This document shows positions 29,659-42,832 of a DNA stretch of 64,000 nucleotides, piece after piece. Position 1 is the first letter of the stretch; each line of letters opens with the position of its first letter. A program made the translations under genes and the position numbers. The notes under the pieces are model-generated. The model was not told the DNA's origin and did not search any database. It was given only the letters and a program-made list of their open reading frames with translations. Where the stretch lies: contig CAUVXB020000002.1 in assembly GCA_963555825.3 (NCBI GenBank), forward strand, positions 1,376,001 to 1,440,000. Reading direction: 5' to 3'. This stretch comes from Alphaproteobacteria bacterium. Lineage in GTDB: Bacteria; Pseudomonadota; Alphaproteobacteria; JAAXGF01.

Positions 29659-30521
29659 ATCCGCTCCAAGCCGATCCTGGCGAACGCGGGGTCGTGGACC
29701 CCTCGAGCGCTATCGAACGAATTCGAGGCCTGTCCTGTTGGCGGTCACCGCCCCGAATCCGAGCGATCTCCGACGGCCGGACGAACCAAAACTATTTCGT
29801 CCACGCCGGGGATCGAACCTTCTTCGCGCGCCTCGGCGTCGATCTCCCGCATCACGGCATCACGCGCGCCAATGAGGTTCGCTGTTGCCGCCTCGCCGCG
29901 GTCGCGGACATCGCGCCGAAGGTGGTCTTCGCCGCCGAGGGCGTTCTGGTCACGGAGTTCATCGACGGCCGGACACTGGTTCAGGGTGAACCGATCTCAG
30001 ACGAAATTCTCGTTCGATTGGCCCACGGCTTAAGGTGTCTGCACGAATCCGAGGTGCCCGCTGACCTAGCGCCCTTCGATCCCGTGGAAAGATGCCGGCG
30101 CCAGCTCGCGGCGTTGCCGATTTCCGCCGTGCCGCCCACGCGCCGCCGGCGGGTCCTGGAAATTCTCCAGCGCGCGCCAAGACGCGAGGCGCGCAGCCTC
30201 ATTCACGGCGACCTGATACCCGAGAACGTCATCGTCCGGGACGATGCGCTGTTTCTAGTGGATTGGGAATACGCGGGACTTGGCGACCCTTTGGTGGATT
30301 TGGCCATGGTCGGCGTGCATTTCGGATTGCCGGAGCGACGGCGGCAAAACTTCTATTCCAGCTATGGCGATGTCGATCCCGATGCGGTGGCGCGCTTGGT
30401 GCCGGCAATCGCGGCGCGCGAGGCGGTCTGGTGCGCGACTCAAATTCATTTCGTCGGCCTCGCCGGCGATCTCGATGATTATGCGCGGCTGTGTTGGGAT
30501 CGGATCGAGGTGGAGCCGTGA
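29655..30521 (+). CDS. Choline/ethanolamine kinase (APH-like) phosphotransferase
   Basis: GRTNQNY, HGDLIPEN and VDWEYAG; GTG start overlaps the upstream stop. Confidence 0.82.
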   Translation: MNPLQADPGERGVVDPSSAIERIRGLSCWRSPPRIRAISDGRTNQNYFVHAGDRTFFARLGVDLPHHGITRANEVRCCRLAAVADIAPKVVFAAEGVLVTEFIDGRTLVQGEPISDEILVRLAHGLRCLHESEVPADLAPFDPVERCRRQLAALPISAVPPTRRRRVLEILQRAPRREARSLIHGDLIPENVIVRDDALFLVDWEYAGLGDPLVDLAMVGVHFGLPERRRQNFYSSYGDVDPDAVARLVPAIAAREAVWCATQIHFVGLAGDLDDYARLCWDRIEVEP

Positions 30522-31912
30522 CCCAAACGGACTTCCAAGTCGCGGTCATCGGCGGCGGCGTGGTCGGTTGCGCGGTGCTGCGCGCCTTCGCGCTGGCTGG
30601 CGCGCGCGCCATCCTGATCGAGCGCGGGCCCGACATCCTTTCGGGTGCCAGCAAGGCCAACAGCGCCCTTCTGCATACCGGATACGACGCACCGACGGGC
30701 AGCCTGGAACTCGCGTGCGTGCGCGAGGGATACGACGCCTATCTGGAAATCCGGGAGCGTCTCAACCTGCCGCTGGTCGAGACCTCGGCCCTCATGGTTG
30801 CCTGGACTGAGGCCGAACGCGCGCGTTTGCCCGAACTGCTCGCCCACGCCGAGGCCAACGGAGTCGAAGGTGCAATCGCGCTCGATCGGCGCGAGGTTCT
30901 ACGCCGCGCCCCCGGTCTCAATCCCGAGGTGCGGGGTGCGATGCTGATCCCGGGCGAGCATGTCATCGATCCCTGGTCTGCACCGCTCGCCTATGCGCTG
31001 CAAGCGATCGCCAACGGTGCCATCGTGCAGCGGAACCGCGAGGTCACGGGCGGGGAGTTCGATGGCAGCCACTGGCGCCTAGAGACGACCCGGGGGCCGA
31101 TCGGCGCGGAGATTGTCATCAACTGCGCCGGTTTATTCGGCGACCTCGTGGAATCCATCATCCGCGACCCGCCGTTTCGCATCAACCCGCGCAAGGGTCA
31201 GTTCGTGGTCTTCGATAAGTCCGCGGCATCACTTGTGGATACGATCATCCTGCCGGTGCCGACCGAGGCGACGAAGGGCGTGTTGGTCGCGCCGACCGCC
31301 TTCGGCAACGTGTTGGTCGGACCTACCGCCGAGGAGCAGGACGATCGCGAGATGGCCGCCGTCGACACGGCAACGCTGAAGATGCTGGTCCGGCGCGCGG
31401 CGGAGATCGTTCCTGCACTCGCCAAACATCCGGTCACGGCGACCTATGCGGGCCTGCGCCCGGCTACCCAGTTCAAGGACTATCAGATCGAGGCACTCAC
31501 TGAACGTCAGTGGATAACGGTCGGTGGCATCCGCTCGACCGGCTTGACTGGCGCGCTCGGGATTGGCGCCCATGTCCGCCGGCTCTACGAGCAGAACTTC
31601 GCGCCGCTCGAAGACATTGCGGATCCGGTGTGGACGCCGGTGCCAAACCTGGCCGAGGCCCGGCCGAGGCCCTATCAGCAGGGCGGCTCGGGCGAGATCG
31701 TCTGTCACTGCGAATGGGTGACCCGCGGTGAGATTGAATCGGCGCTAGCGGGACCGCTGCCGGCTACCGACTTGAGCGGCCTCAAACGGCGCACCCGCTG
31801 CATGATGGGCCGCTGCCAGGGTTTCTATTGTGCTTGGCGCGTCGCCCAACTCGCGGCCGGACACATCGACATTCCGCCCGCCGCGGGAGACGTTGGGAGA
31901 GACGCCGCGTGA
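30518..31912 (+). CDS. FAD-dependent oxidoreductase with C-terminal BFD-like [2Fe-2S] domain (GlpA/LhgO-like)
   Basis: VIGGGVVG, GASKANS and YAGLRP; CHCE...GRCQGFYC. Confidence 0.85.
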   Translation: MTQTDFQVAVIGGGVVGCAVLRAFALAGARAILIERGPDILSGASKANSALLHTGYDAPTGSLELACVREGYDAYLEIRERLNLPLVETSALMVAWTEAERARLPELLAHAEANGVEGAIALDRREVLRRAPGLNPEVRGAMLIPGEHVIDPWSAPLAYALQAIANGAIVQRNREVTGGEFDGSHWRLETTRGPIGAEIVINCAGLFGDLVESIIRDPPFRINPRKGQFVVFDKSAASLVDTIILPVPTEATKGVLVAPTAFGNVLVGPTAEEQDDREMAAVDTATLKMLVRRAAEIVPALAKHPVTATYAGLRPATQFKDYQIEALTERQWITVGGIRSTGLTGALGIGAHVRRLYEQNFAPLEDIADPVWTPVPNLAEARPRPYQQGGSGEIVCHCEWVTRGEIESALAGPLPATDLSGLKRRTRCMMGRCQGFYCAWRVAQLAAGHIDIPPAAGDVGRDAA

Positions 31913-33129
31913 GCCGGCACGACGCCATCATCGTCGGCGGCGGCCCAGCCGGGCTCTCCGCCGCTCGGGCGCTGCGCGAGGCGGGCGTGGACGACGTGGT
32001 GGTGCTGGAGCGCGAGGCCGAGGCGGGTGGTGTCCCGCGCCACTGCCACCATTCTGGCTTCGGGTTCAGCCAGTTCCATTGGCCCTACTTTGGCCCGGCA
32101 TATGCGCGCCGTTTGCGTCGGGACGTAAAGGGCATCGACCTTCGGACCGACACGTCGGTGCTCGCTTTGCGTCCGGGCGGCGAACTCAGCGTTGCCACAA
32201 CCGACGGGCTCGAAACGATGACGGGAAGCACCGTCCTGCTCGCCACCGGCGTCCGCGAAACCCCGCGCTCGGCGCGCCTGGTTTCCGGCGAACGCCCGGC
32301 CTGGGGCGTGCTCACCACTGGCGCGTTGCAACAACTTCTGCATCTGGCCCATATCCGGCCGTGCCGGCGTCCGGTCATCGTCGGCAGCGAGTGGGTTTCG
32401 TTCTCCGCCCTTCTCACGCTTCGCCGGGCCGGTATCAAGCCCGTGGCCATGATCGAGGAAGCGGACCGCATCACCGCGCCCAGACCCGCAGACACTATTG
32501 CAAGGCTCGCCTTTGGGGTTCCCGTGCTGACCCGCACTCGGCTTCTCGGAATTCTGGGCCGCGAGGTCGTCGAGGCGGTCGAGATCGAGCGCGACGGCCG
32601 GCGTGAGCGCCTCGCCTGCGACGCCGTCGTGATGACTGGAGGCTTCGTGCCCGAGGCCGCGTTGCCGCGCGCGAGCCACCTCGAACTTGACGAGGGCAGC
32701 GGCGGACCCATCATTGACCAGCATTGGCGTTGCTCCGACCCCGTGTACTTCGCCGCCGGCAACCTCTTGCGCTCGGTCGAGACGTCGGGCGTCGTGGGCC
32801 GCGAGGGCGAAGCTGCCGGCCGCGCCATGGCGGCCGCGCTCGCAGGCCGCCTGATCGCGCCGGCGCGCCGGGTGCCAATCAAGGCGAGCTCGCCGCTCCA
32901 GTACGTCACACCCCAAGTCGTCGCGGTCCCGGGCGATCGGCCCAACGGCCTGCTGTTCCGGACACGCGTCGATCGCCCCGCGCGCGGAATACTGCGGCTG
33001 CTATGCAACGGTGAGGAAATTTGGCACCGTAAGATCTCCGCCCTTCCAGAGCGGCGCGTCCGGCTTCCAGGGGGACTCGTCTCCCTGGACGATATCGAGA
33101 GCGTCGAGGTCCGATTGGACCCGTCGTAA
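31909..33129 (+). CDS. NAD(P)/FAD-dependent oxidoreductase
   Basis: IVGGGPAGL, GGVPRHCHH, LLATGVRE and FAAGNLL. Confidence 0.85.
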   Translation: MSRHDAIIVGGGPAGLSAARALREAGVDDVVVLEREAEAGGVPRHCHHSGFGFSQFHWPYFGPAYARRLRRDVKGIDLRTDTSVLALRPGGELSVATTDGLETMTGSTVLLATGVRETPRSARLVSGERPAWGVLTTGALQQLLHLAHIRPCRRPVIVGSEWVSFSALLTLRRAGIKPVAMIEEADRITAPRPADTIARLAFGVPVLTRTRLLGILGREVVEAVEIERDGRRERLACDAVVMTGGFVPEAALPRASHLELDEGSGGPIIDQHWRCSDPVYFAAGNLLRSVETSGVVGREGEAAGRAMAAALAGRLIAPARRVPIKASSPLQYVTPQVVAVPGDRPNGLLFRTRVDRPARGILRLLCNGEEIWHRKISALPERRVRLPGGLVSLDDIESVEVRLDPS

Positions 33130-33219
33130 AGCGCAGCGCACACTGCGAGAGTCAATCTATCCAAGCGCGATTTAGGTAACTCGTGCGCCCGCCTCTGCTG
33201 ACCGAGAGGTGGGTTTGGA

Positions 33220-33442
33220 TGGGCGCCCGCGATCGTCGTGGTCAGGCACAACAGCGAGAAGAATATCCATTCCGGGTGGTCGTCGACCTTGGCGATGGCG
33301 TTCCAGATCGGATGCAATGACGCCGAAACCAGCACCAGCGCGGCGACAGTGAATTCCAATGGACCGCCTGCGCCGTCATTGTCGATCAGCGCGCCCTCGA
33401 GCACGACGAAATCCTCGTAGCCGGTGTGCTCGTGGGGCAGCG
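33220..33442 (-). pseudogene. Fused fragments of a ChrR-like cupin and a DMT/EamA transporter
   Basis: Minus-strand reading LPHEHTGYEDFVVLEGALIDNDG joined to ALVLVSASLHPIWNAIAK. Confidence 0.5.
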
Positions 33443-33563
33443 ACCAAGGCGTTCGCGCCCGAATTCCTACCCAGCATCCTTTGCGGCGATATGATCCTTT
33501 ACAAGTTGCCGGAGCACAATGCGCTTCTGGTGGACGGTTTGCGCAAGGCGAGGTTGCCGGAAT
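33443..33563 (+). pseudogene. C-terminal remnant of an adenylate cyclase/TolB-like/TPR protein
   Basis: YKLPEHNALLVDGLRKARLPE resembles the GLRKAGLPE terminus of this alphaproteobacterial family. Confidence 0.55.
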
Positions 33564-33577
33564 GTCCGCTCGGGGTC

Positions 33578-35261
33578 CAGACTGTGTAAGAACGTTTGCT
33601 GCGTGATCTGTACGGCGCGTCTTTGGCTTCGATGATCCGTCGCGGCGGGTATTCCGGGATTAAGGATTTTCGCCACTCGTGCGGACCTGTCGGCCGGCTG
33701 GCGCCGGTGTGAGCTGCGATTTGGCCGGATATGGGCGCAATTTGCGGCGCAGAGAGGCCTATGCGGTCCTCATCGCCGCGATCAGCGGGTCGATGCCCGT
33801 GATGTTCATGACGCGCTTGAGATTGTAGGCCAGCACGTGCAGGGCCATCTCGGTCCTCACCCGTTTCAGCGTCTTCGTCTGGAAATGCGTCGCGCCCATC
33901 CAGGACTTGATGGTGCCGAAGGGATGCTCGGCCGTCTCGCGCCGCCGACGCATCGCCTCCGGGTGCTCGTCGAGCCGCCTCTCGACGGCCTCGAGAACAT
34001 GCTCGTGCTGCCAGCGGGTGATGCGGCGCTGCTTGGCCGTGGTGCAGCGATGCTTGATGGCGCATCCCTGACAGGCGTTGGTCCAGTAGCGCCGCATGCT
34101 CAGCCCCCTCTCCTGGCTGGTGAAGCGGTAGACCAAACGCTCGCCGGCCGGGCAGCGATAGACATCGTCGGCGGCCAGATAGACGAAGTCCTGTTTGCCG
34201 AAGCGGCCCTTGGCCTTGGCTCCAGAGGTCAGCGGCTTAGGCAATGTGACGGTGATGCCGGCCTCATCGCAGGCCAGAATCTCCTTGCCGTTGTAGTAGC
34301 CGCGATCGGCAACGACATCCAACTCGTCGGTCTCCAGAGCCGCCTTGGTCCGCTTCGCCATGGCTGAGAGCTGGGCGCGGTCGGTGCCCTGATTGGTCAC
34401 CTCGTGGGCGACGATCAGGTGGTGCTTGGTGTCGACGGCGGCCTGAACGTTGTAGCCGACCACGCCGGAACCCCGGCCGCTCGTCGCCATCGAGCGGGCA
34501 TCGGGATCGCTCAGAGAGATCTGCTGGTCCGGGCTCGCACGCCGCTCGACTTCAAGCGCCTTCAGGCGCCGCATCTCCTCCTTGAGGATCGCGATCTTGT
34601 CGGCCAGACGAGTCGTCTTGGTCGTGCGCGCCAGCGACGGCTCTTGCCGGTCGGCGCTGTCCAACTGGTCCAGATAGCGCGCAACGCTCTCCTCGATCTG
34701 CGCCACCCGCCGCGCCATCTTGGCCCGCGTGAAGTTCCTGTCCCGGCTGTTGACCGCCTTGAACTTCGAGCCATCGATCGCCACGCTCGCCTCGGCGAAC
34801 AGCCCGAGTTGCCGGCACAGCGCGACGAACCGGGCGCAGACCTTGCGGATCGCACGGCCGTTGTCCTTGCGGAAGTCGGCGATCGTCTTGTGATCCGGCG
34901 CCAGCCGGCCGACCAGCCACATCACTTCCACATTGCGCCCGGCCTCCCTCTCGAGCCGACGGCTCGACTGAACCCGGTTGAGATAGCCGTAGATGTAGAG
35001 CTTCAACAAATCGCAAGGATGATAGGCCGGCCTGCCGGTCGCCAGCGGCTCGACCCGGTCGAACCCGAGGCCGCCAAGATCGAGCTCATCGACGAAGACG
35101 TCGATCGCCCGAACCGGGTTGTCGTCGCCGATCCAGTCTTCCAGGCGCTCCGGAAACAACGTGCCCTGGCTGCGATCGACACCCTCGACAAAACGCTTCA
35201 TCAGACCCTCCCGCCAAAGCACGAGAGAATCATAACACCATCGACGTTTTTACACAGGCTG
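33578..35261 (-). mobile_element. IS1182-family element, complete
   Basis: IRs CAGACTGTGTAAGAACG and (reverse complement) CAGCCTGTGTAAAAACG; flanks GGTC and GGCC. Confidence 0.92.
33759..35201 (-). CDS. IS1182 family transposase
   Basis: GRPAYHP, PDHKTIADFRK, AIDGSK, ADRGY and EHPFGTIK. Confidence 0.95.
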   Translation of the reverse strand: MKRFVEGVDRSQGTLFPERLEDWIGDDNPVRAIDVFVDELDLGGLGFDRVEPLATGRPAYHPCDLLKLYIYGYLNRVQSSRRLEREAGRNVEVMWLVGRLAPDHKTIADFRKDNGRAIRKVCARFVALCRQLGLFAEASVAIDGSKFKAVNSRDRNFTRAKMARRVAQIEESVARYLDQLDSADRQEPSLARTTKTTRLADKIAILKEEMRRLKALEVERRASPDQQISLSDPDARSMATSGRGSGVVGYNVQAAVDTKHHLIVAHEVTNQGTDRAQLSAMAKRTKAALETDELDVVADRGYYNGKEILACDEAGITVTLPKPLTSGAKAKGRFGKQDFVYLAADDVYRCPAGERLVYRFTSQERGLSMRRYWTNACQGCAIKHRCTTAKQRRITRWQHEHVLEAVERRLDEHPEAMRRRRETAEHPFGTIKSWMGATHFQTKTLKRVRTEMALHVLAYNLKRVMNITGIDPLIAAMRTA

Positions 35262-35375
35262 GGCCAGCAGCAGACATACGCAGCGTAGGCGCGCGGTGTC
35301 CGCTTCGGAGCGGTACGCGGACGTCGGACGGTCGAGCGTGGCTCCCCCCGGCGCGGCGCGCTCGATTCCCCCGCT

Positions 35376-36155
35376 CTAGACCTCGATGATGCCCTCGAGA
35401 TAGGTGACCGCGCGGCCGGTGAGCAGGACGCGGTCGCCCTTGACCTCGCAGTCGAGTTCGCCGCCGCGCGCCGAGACCTGATGCGCGGTCAGGCGTTGGC
35501 GGCCGAGGCGCTTGGCCCAATACGGCGCGAGTTCGCAATGGGCCGAGCCGGTCACCGGATCCTCGGGGATGCCGAACTTAGGCGCGAAATAGCGCGAGAC
35601 GAAGTCGACCGCCTCGCCGGGCGCCGTGGCGATGACGCCCTCGTAGGGCAGCGCCGCGATGCGGCCGATATCGGGCGCGAGACCGCGGACGTCGGCCTCG
35701 CTGGCGTAGACCGCGACGCAGTTGACATTGCCGAGCACCTCGGCGGGCGCCGCGCCCATCGCGCACGCCAGCGCGTCGGACGCGCCCCACGGCTCGGGCG
35801 CGAGCGCCGGGAAGTCCATCACCAGCCGTTTGCCGTCGCGGCTGACCGTGAGGCGGCCCGACCGCGTCTCGAAGGCGACCGTGTCGCCCGGCTCGTCGAG
35901 CAGGGTGAACAGGACGTGGGCGGTGGCGAGCGTCGCGTGGCCGCACAGATCGACCTCGGCGGTCGGCGTGAACCAGCGCAGGTCGTAGTGATCGCCGGCC
36001 TCGACGAAGAAGGCGGTCTCCGACAGGTTGTTTTCGGCCGCGATCGCCTGCATTTTCGCGTCGTCGAGCCAGACCTCGAGCGGGCAGACGGCGGCCGGGT
36101 TGCCGCCGAAGACGCGGCCGGTGAAGGCGTCGACCTGGAAGAGTGGCAGCTTCAC
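35376..36155 (-). CDS. PhzF family epimerase
   Basis: QVDAFT...GNPAAV, LSETAF, EVDLCGHATLA and EDPVTGSAH. Confidence 0.93.
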   Translation of the reverse strand: MKLPLFQVDAFTGRVFGGNPAAVCPLEVWLDDAKMQAIAAENNLSETAFFVEAGDHYDLRWFTPTAEVDLCGHATLATAHVLFTLLDEPGDTVAFETRSGRLTVSRDGKRLVMDFPALAPEPWGASDALACAMGAAPAEVLGNVNCVAVYASEADVRGLAPDIGRIAALPYEGVIATAPGEAVDFVSRYFAPKFGIPEDPVTGSAHCELAPYWAKRLGRQRLTAHQVSARGGELDCEVKGDRVLLTGRAVTYLEGIIEV

Positions 36156-36168
36156 GGTGTCATACCCG

Positions 36169-36620
36169 TCAGGCGCCCGCGGGCCGGCGCGCCAGGATCT
36201 GGATCGCGATCATCGTCATCACCGCCTCGTCGGCCTGGTTCGAGATGGTGTATTTGACGCGCGCGACGCCGCGGTCGGGCTTCGAGGCCGACGGCCGCGT
36301 CTCGAGCACCTCGCATGTCGTCTTGAGCGTGTCGCCGGGGCGCACCGGCTTGAGCCAGCGCACCTCGTCCATGCCCGGCGAGCCCATCGAGCAGCCGTTG
36401 AACAGGTTGGTCTGCCACATCAGCCGGAAGCCGATCACCAGGGTCTGGAATCCGCTGGCGATCAGCCCGCCGTATTGCGACGCCTCGGCGGCCACGGCAT
36501 CCATGTGGATCGGCTGCGGGTCGTAGCGGAAGCCGAAGTCGAGGATCTCGGCTTCGCTCAGCGTCTTGCCGTCAGAGACGAAGCGCTCGCCGACGGCGAA
36601 GTCGTCGAAGTAGCGCACGG

Positions 36621-36624
<4 letters not shown>
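36169..36624 (-). CDS. MaoC family dehydratase
   Basis: [20 protein letters not shown] and PVRPGDTL. Confidence 0.9.
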
Positions 36625-37967
<1,343 letters not shown>

Positions 37968-38026
37968 GGGTCGTTACGTTTCCAAACGCCAAACGCGGAC
38001 AGATTAGCGCCGCGCGTGCCAGCGCG

Positions 38027-39145
38027 CTAGTCCGTGATCGCGCGCCAGACGGCGAGCGCCTGGACGGTTTCGGCGACGTCGTGGACGCGGACGATCTGGA
38101 CGCCCCGGTCGAGGCCGGCTAGTGCGGCCGCCAAGCTGCCCGGCAGCCGTTCCTTGGGCGCGGCCTCGCCGGCGATAAGCGTGATGAAGCTCTTGCGCGA
38201 GACGCCGAGCAGCAACGCGCAGCCGAGCCCGTGGAAGATACCGATGTCGCGCAGGATGGCCAAGTTGTGGTCGAGCGTCTTGCCGAAGCCGATGCCCGGA
38301 TCGACGGCGATGCGCTGGCGTGGAATGCCGGCCGCCTCGCAGGCCGCGATACGCGCCTCGAGGGTGTCGTAGACGTCGAGCGGCGCGTCGACATAGACCG
38401 GGTCCCGCTGCATGGTCTTGGGCTCGCCCAGCATGTGCATCAGCACGACCGGCGCGCCGGCCGCGGCGACCACGGCAGGGCTGTCCGGGTCAGCGCTCAA
38501 CGCGCTGACGTCGTTGACGACGGCCGCCCCCGCCGCCAGCGCGGCGCGCATGACCGCCGCCCGGCGGCTGTCGATCGAGACCGTCGCGCCTGCCGCGGCG
38601 AGCGCCTCTATGACCGGCAGGACACGGGCGCGTTCGGCGTCGGGCGACACCGGGTCCGAGCCGGGCCGCGTCGATTCGCCGCCGACGTCGAGGATATCGG
38701 CGCCGGCGGCGCACATGGCGTGGCCCGCGGCGATTGCCGTCCCGGCATCGGCGAAGTCGCCGCCGTCCGAGAAGCTGTCGGGCGTGACATTGATGACGCC
38801 CATGACGCGCGGGGTATCGAGCGCCAGCCCGGCGAACGGTGCGCGCGGCGCGCCGATCCGCTCCAGCAAGCCGGTGACCCGCGCCGCTGGCGGCCCGGCG
38901 AGCGTTGCCGCCCAGTCGGTGACGTCGGCGAGCGGCGCGAGACAGGCGCAAACAGCCTCGCCGTCGCGCAGCAGCACCTCGCAGGCGCTGAAGGCGAGGC
39001 GCCCGCCGGCCAGCCGGCGGGCGCTGCCGGCCTCGACGGCCGCGCGCGCCGCCGGGCCCGAGAGGACGCCCGCCGGGCGCAGGTAGACTGTCGCTTCATG
39101 CGAGAAGCCCCGCGGCAGGGCGGGGCTTCTGGTTCGTGACGCCAT
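38027..39145 (-). CDS. folP: Dihydropteroate synthase with N-terminal extension (start uncertain)
   Basis: INVTPDSFSDGG, GGESTRPG, DPGIGFGK, SRKSF and RVHDV. Confidence 0.93.
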   Translation of the reverse strand: MASRTRSPALPRGFSHEATVYLRPAGVLSGPAARAAVEAGSARRLAGGRLAFSACEVLLRDGEAVCACLAPLADVTDWAATLAGPPAARVTGLLERIGAPRAPFAGLALDTPRVMGVINVTPDSFSDGGDFADAGTAIAAGHAMCAAGADILDVGGESTRPGSDPVSPDAERARVLPVIEALAAAGATVSIDSRRAAVMRAALAAGAAVVNDVSALSADPDSPAVVAAAGAPVVLMHMLGEPKTMQRDPVYVDAPLDVYDTLEARIAACEAAGIPRQRIAVDPGIGFGKTLDHNLAILRDIGIFHGLGCALLLGVSRKSFITLIAGEAAPKERLPGSLAAALAGLDRGVQIVRVHDVAETVQALAVWRAITD

Positions 39146-39161
39146 GACGGGGACGCGTAGC

Positions 39162-41084
<1,923 letters not shown>

Positions 41085-41181
41085 GTTCGATTACCCTTCC
41101 CTGACCGGCGCGGCCACCACTGGAGCCGCCTTGGTCCTAGCGCGCAATTTACCGTTCCCGACGCACCGACGGCCGGCCATT

Positions 41182-42558
41182 CTAGCCCCGCGGCGCGACG
41201 AACGCAAAGCCATGCGGACCCAATGCGTGCGCGGGCCTGAACGCGGATTCGAAAAGCGGCGCGCCGCCATCCGGCGATGCAGTACGCATGAATCCCAAAT
41301 GGGGAACCGCGAGGAGACCGTCAAGATCGTAAATCGCCGGCAAGCCCGGACGCACCGCGGCGGGAATCGCGGTCTTGCGCAACGCCGGGTGCCGCGCGAC
41401 GGCCGCGCGCCACCCGTCGTGCCCGAGCTTGCGCACCATGAACCGTCCCGGCGCCCGCCCCGGCGCCGCCGTCGCGCGCAGCGTGAACCGGCCGTCCCAG
41501 CGCACCGAACCACCGGCCTCGAGCACGGATTCTTCGGCCGCGGCGGCCGGTTCCCGGCAAATAAGAACACCGTCTCGGCGCGGCAGGATACGGCAGCCGC
41601 CGAGCGTTCGTCCCCGACGGAGAGATCCCTCCGCGAGCGCGCCATGCAGGCGCTCGAGGCGGTCGCTGCGTGGCGCGTATTCGCCGCCACCAACGCATTG
41701 CACGATACGTGCAAGGGCGCGCCGCGCAATTTCGGCCGGTGCGCCGGCATAACGAACTGGGTCGAGGCGGCAGAACCCGGCCGGGTGCGGCGCGACAGCG
41801 TCGGCCAGCAAGGCGGCGACGGCGGTGTCCACGACGCCTCGCGCACGACCCAGCGCCGCGGCCATCCGCGACAGGCGTTCGGCCGTCACCCCCTCGTCGG
41901 CAAGCACCGGCATGAGTGCGCGCAAGCGACCGCGCGCGAAAACGATATCGCGATTCGACGGGTCCTCCACCCAGGGCTGGCCAGACGCCTCGAGCGTCGC
42001 GTAGAGGCGCGCCTTGGGCGTCGCCAGCAAGGGCCGCAGGTAACGCGCATCGGGCGTCTCGACGACCGCCGCCATCGCCGCCAAGCCATCGGGGCCACTG
42101 TGCCGCTCGAGCCGCAGCAGCACGGTCTCGGCCTGGTCGTCGCGATGATGGGCCAGCAACAGATGCAGCACGCCGGCGCCGCGGCACCATTCGCCGAGCA
42201 GCCGGTAGCGCGCCGCGCGCGCGCGCGCCTGAATGTCGGTGGTCGGCTTCGGCCCAGACCAGGTCAGGACGACCGCCACGACATCGCGCGCCGCGAGCCA
42301 GGCCGCGACCCGGGCCGCCTCTTCGCGCGAGTCCGCGCGCAGCCCGTGATCGACGACCAGCGCCGTCAACCGCCCGGCGCGACACCGAACCCAGCCGTCG
42401 ACGAGCAGGGCAAGCGCCATGCTGTCGGCGCCGCCGGAGACGGCGACAGCGATTTCGGGGGGCCGCTCGAACGGGCCGAGCGGCGTCATCATGCGATCGA
42501 ATTCAACCGTGGCGATCGGCGCGGTGATCGGCAGGTCCTCGGTCCCGCCATGAGACAT
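41182..42558 (-). CDS. tilS: tRNA(Ile)-lysidine synthetase (start uncertain)
   Basis: AVSGGADS, VDHGLR, AHHRDDQAET and EDPSN. Confidence 0.93.
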   Translation of the reverse strand: MSHGGTEDLPITAPIATVEFDRMMTPLGPFERPPEIAVAVSGGADSMALALLVDGWVRCRAGRLTALVVDHGLRADSREEAARVAAWLAARDVVAVVLTWSGPKPTTDIQARARAARYRLLGEWCRGAGVLHLLLAHHRDDQAETVLLRLERHSGPDGLAAMAAVVETPDARYLRPLLATPKARLYATLEASGQPWVEDPSNRDIVFARGRLRALMPVLADEGVTAERLSRMAAALGRARGVVDTAVAALLADAVAPHPAGFCRLDPVRYAGAPAEIARRALARIVQCVGGGEYAPRSDRLERLHGALAEGSLRRGRTLGGCRILPRRDGVLICREPAAAAEESVLEAGGSVRWDGRFTLRATAAPGRAPGRFMVRKLGHDGWRAAVARHPALRKTAIPAAVRPGLPAIYDLDGLLAVPHLGFMRTASPDGGAPLFESAFRPAHALGPHGFAFVAPRG

Positions 42559-42832
42559 GCTTTTAGCCCGGATTTCTCACCATGGACAGGCGCGTCATCG
42601 CGTCGGGCGGTCGCCGATCCGCCAGGAGAAGGCCGCAGAGCGTAGCCTGGGCTACGGTCAAGGTCTTCGACGCCGCGGGCGGCCCGCCCGGCGCGACCCG
42701 CAGGGCGGCGGATCTCAGACGACAGGCCGCGTCAAGGCGCTTGCCCGATGCGCAAGCATCGCGCCGCGCGCCTTTCCTAGCCTGTCGTGCGATATCCGCC
42801 GTGCCGCATCTGTCCATGGTGAGAAGGCCGGG

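Noticed and set aside
39103-39130. Perfect 11-bp hairpin AGAAGCCCCGC-N6-GCGGGGCTTCT after ftsH as a terminator
   Set aside because: It lies inside the probable folP N-terminal coding region and lacks a clear U-tract, so it cannot be supported.
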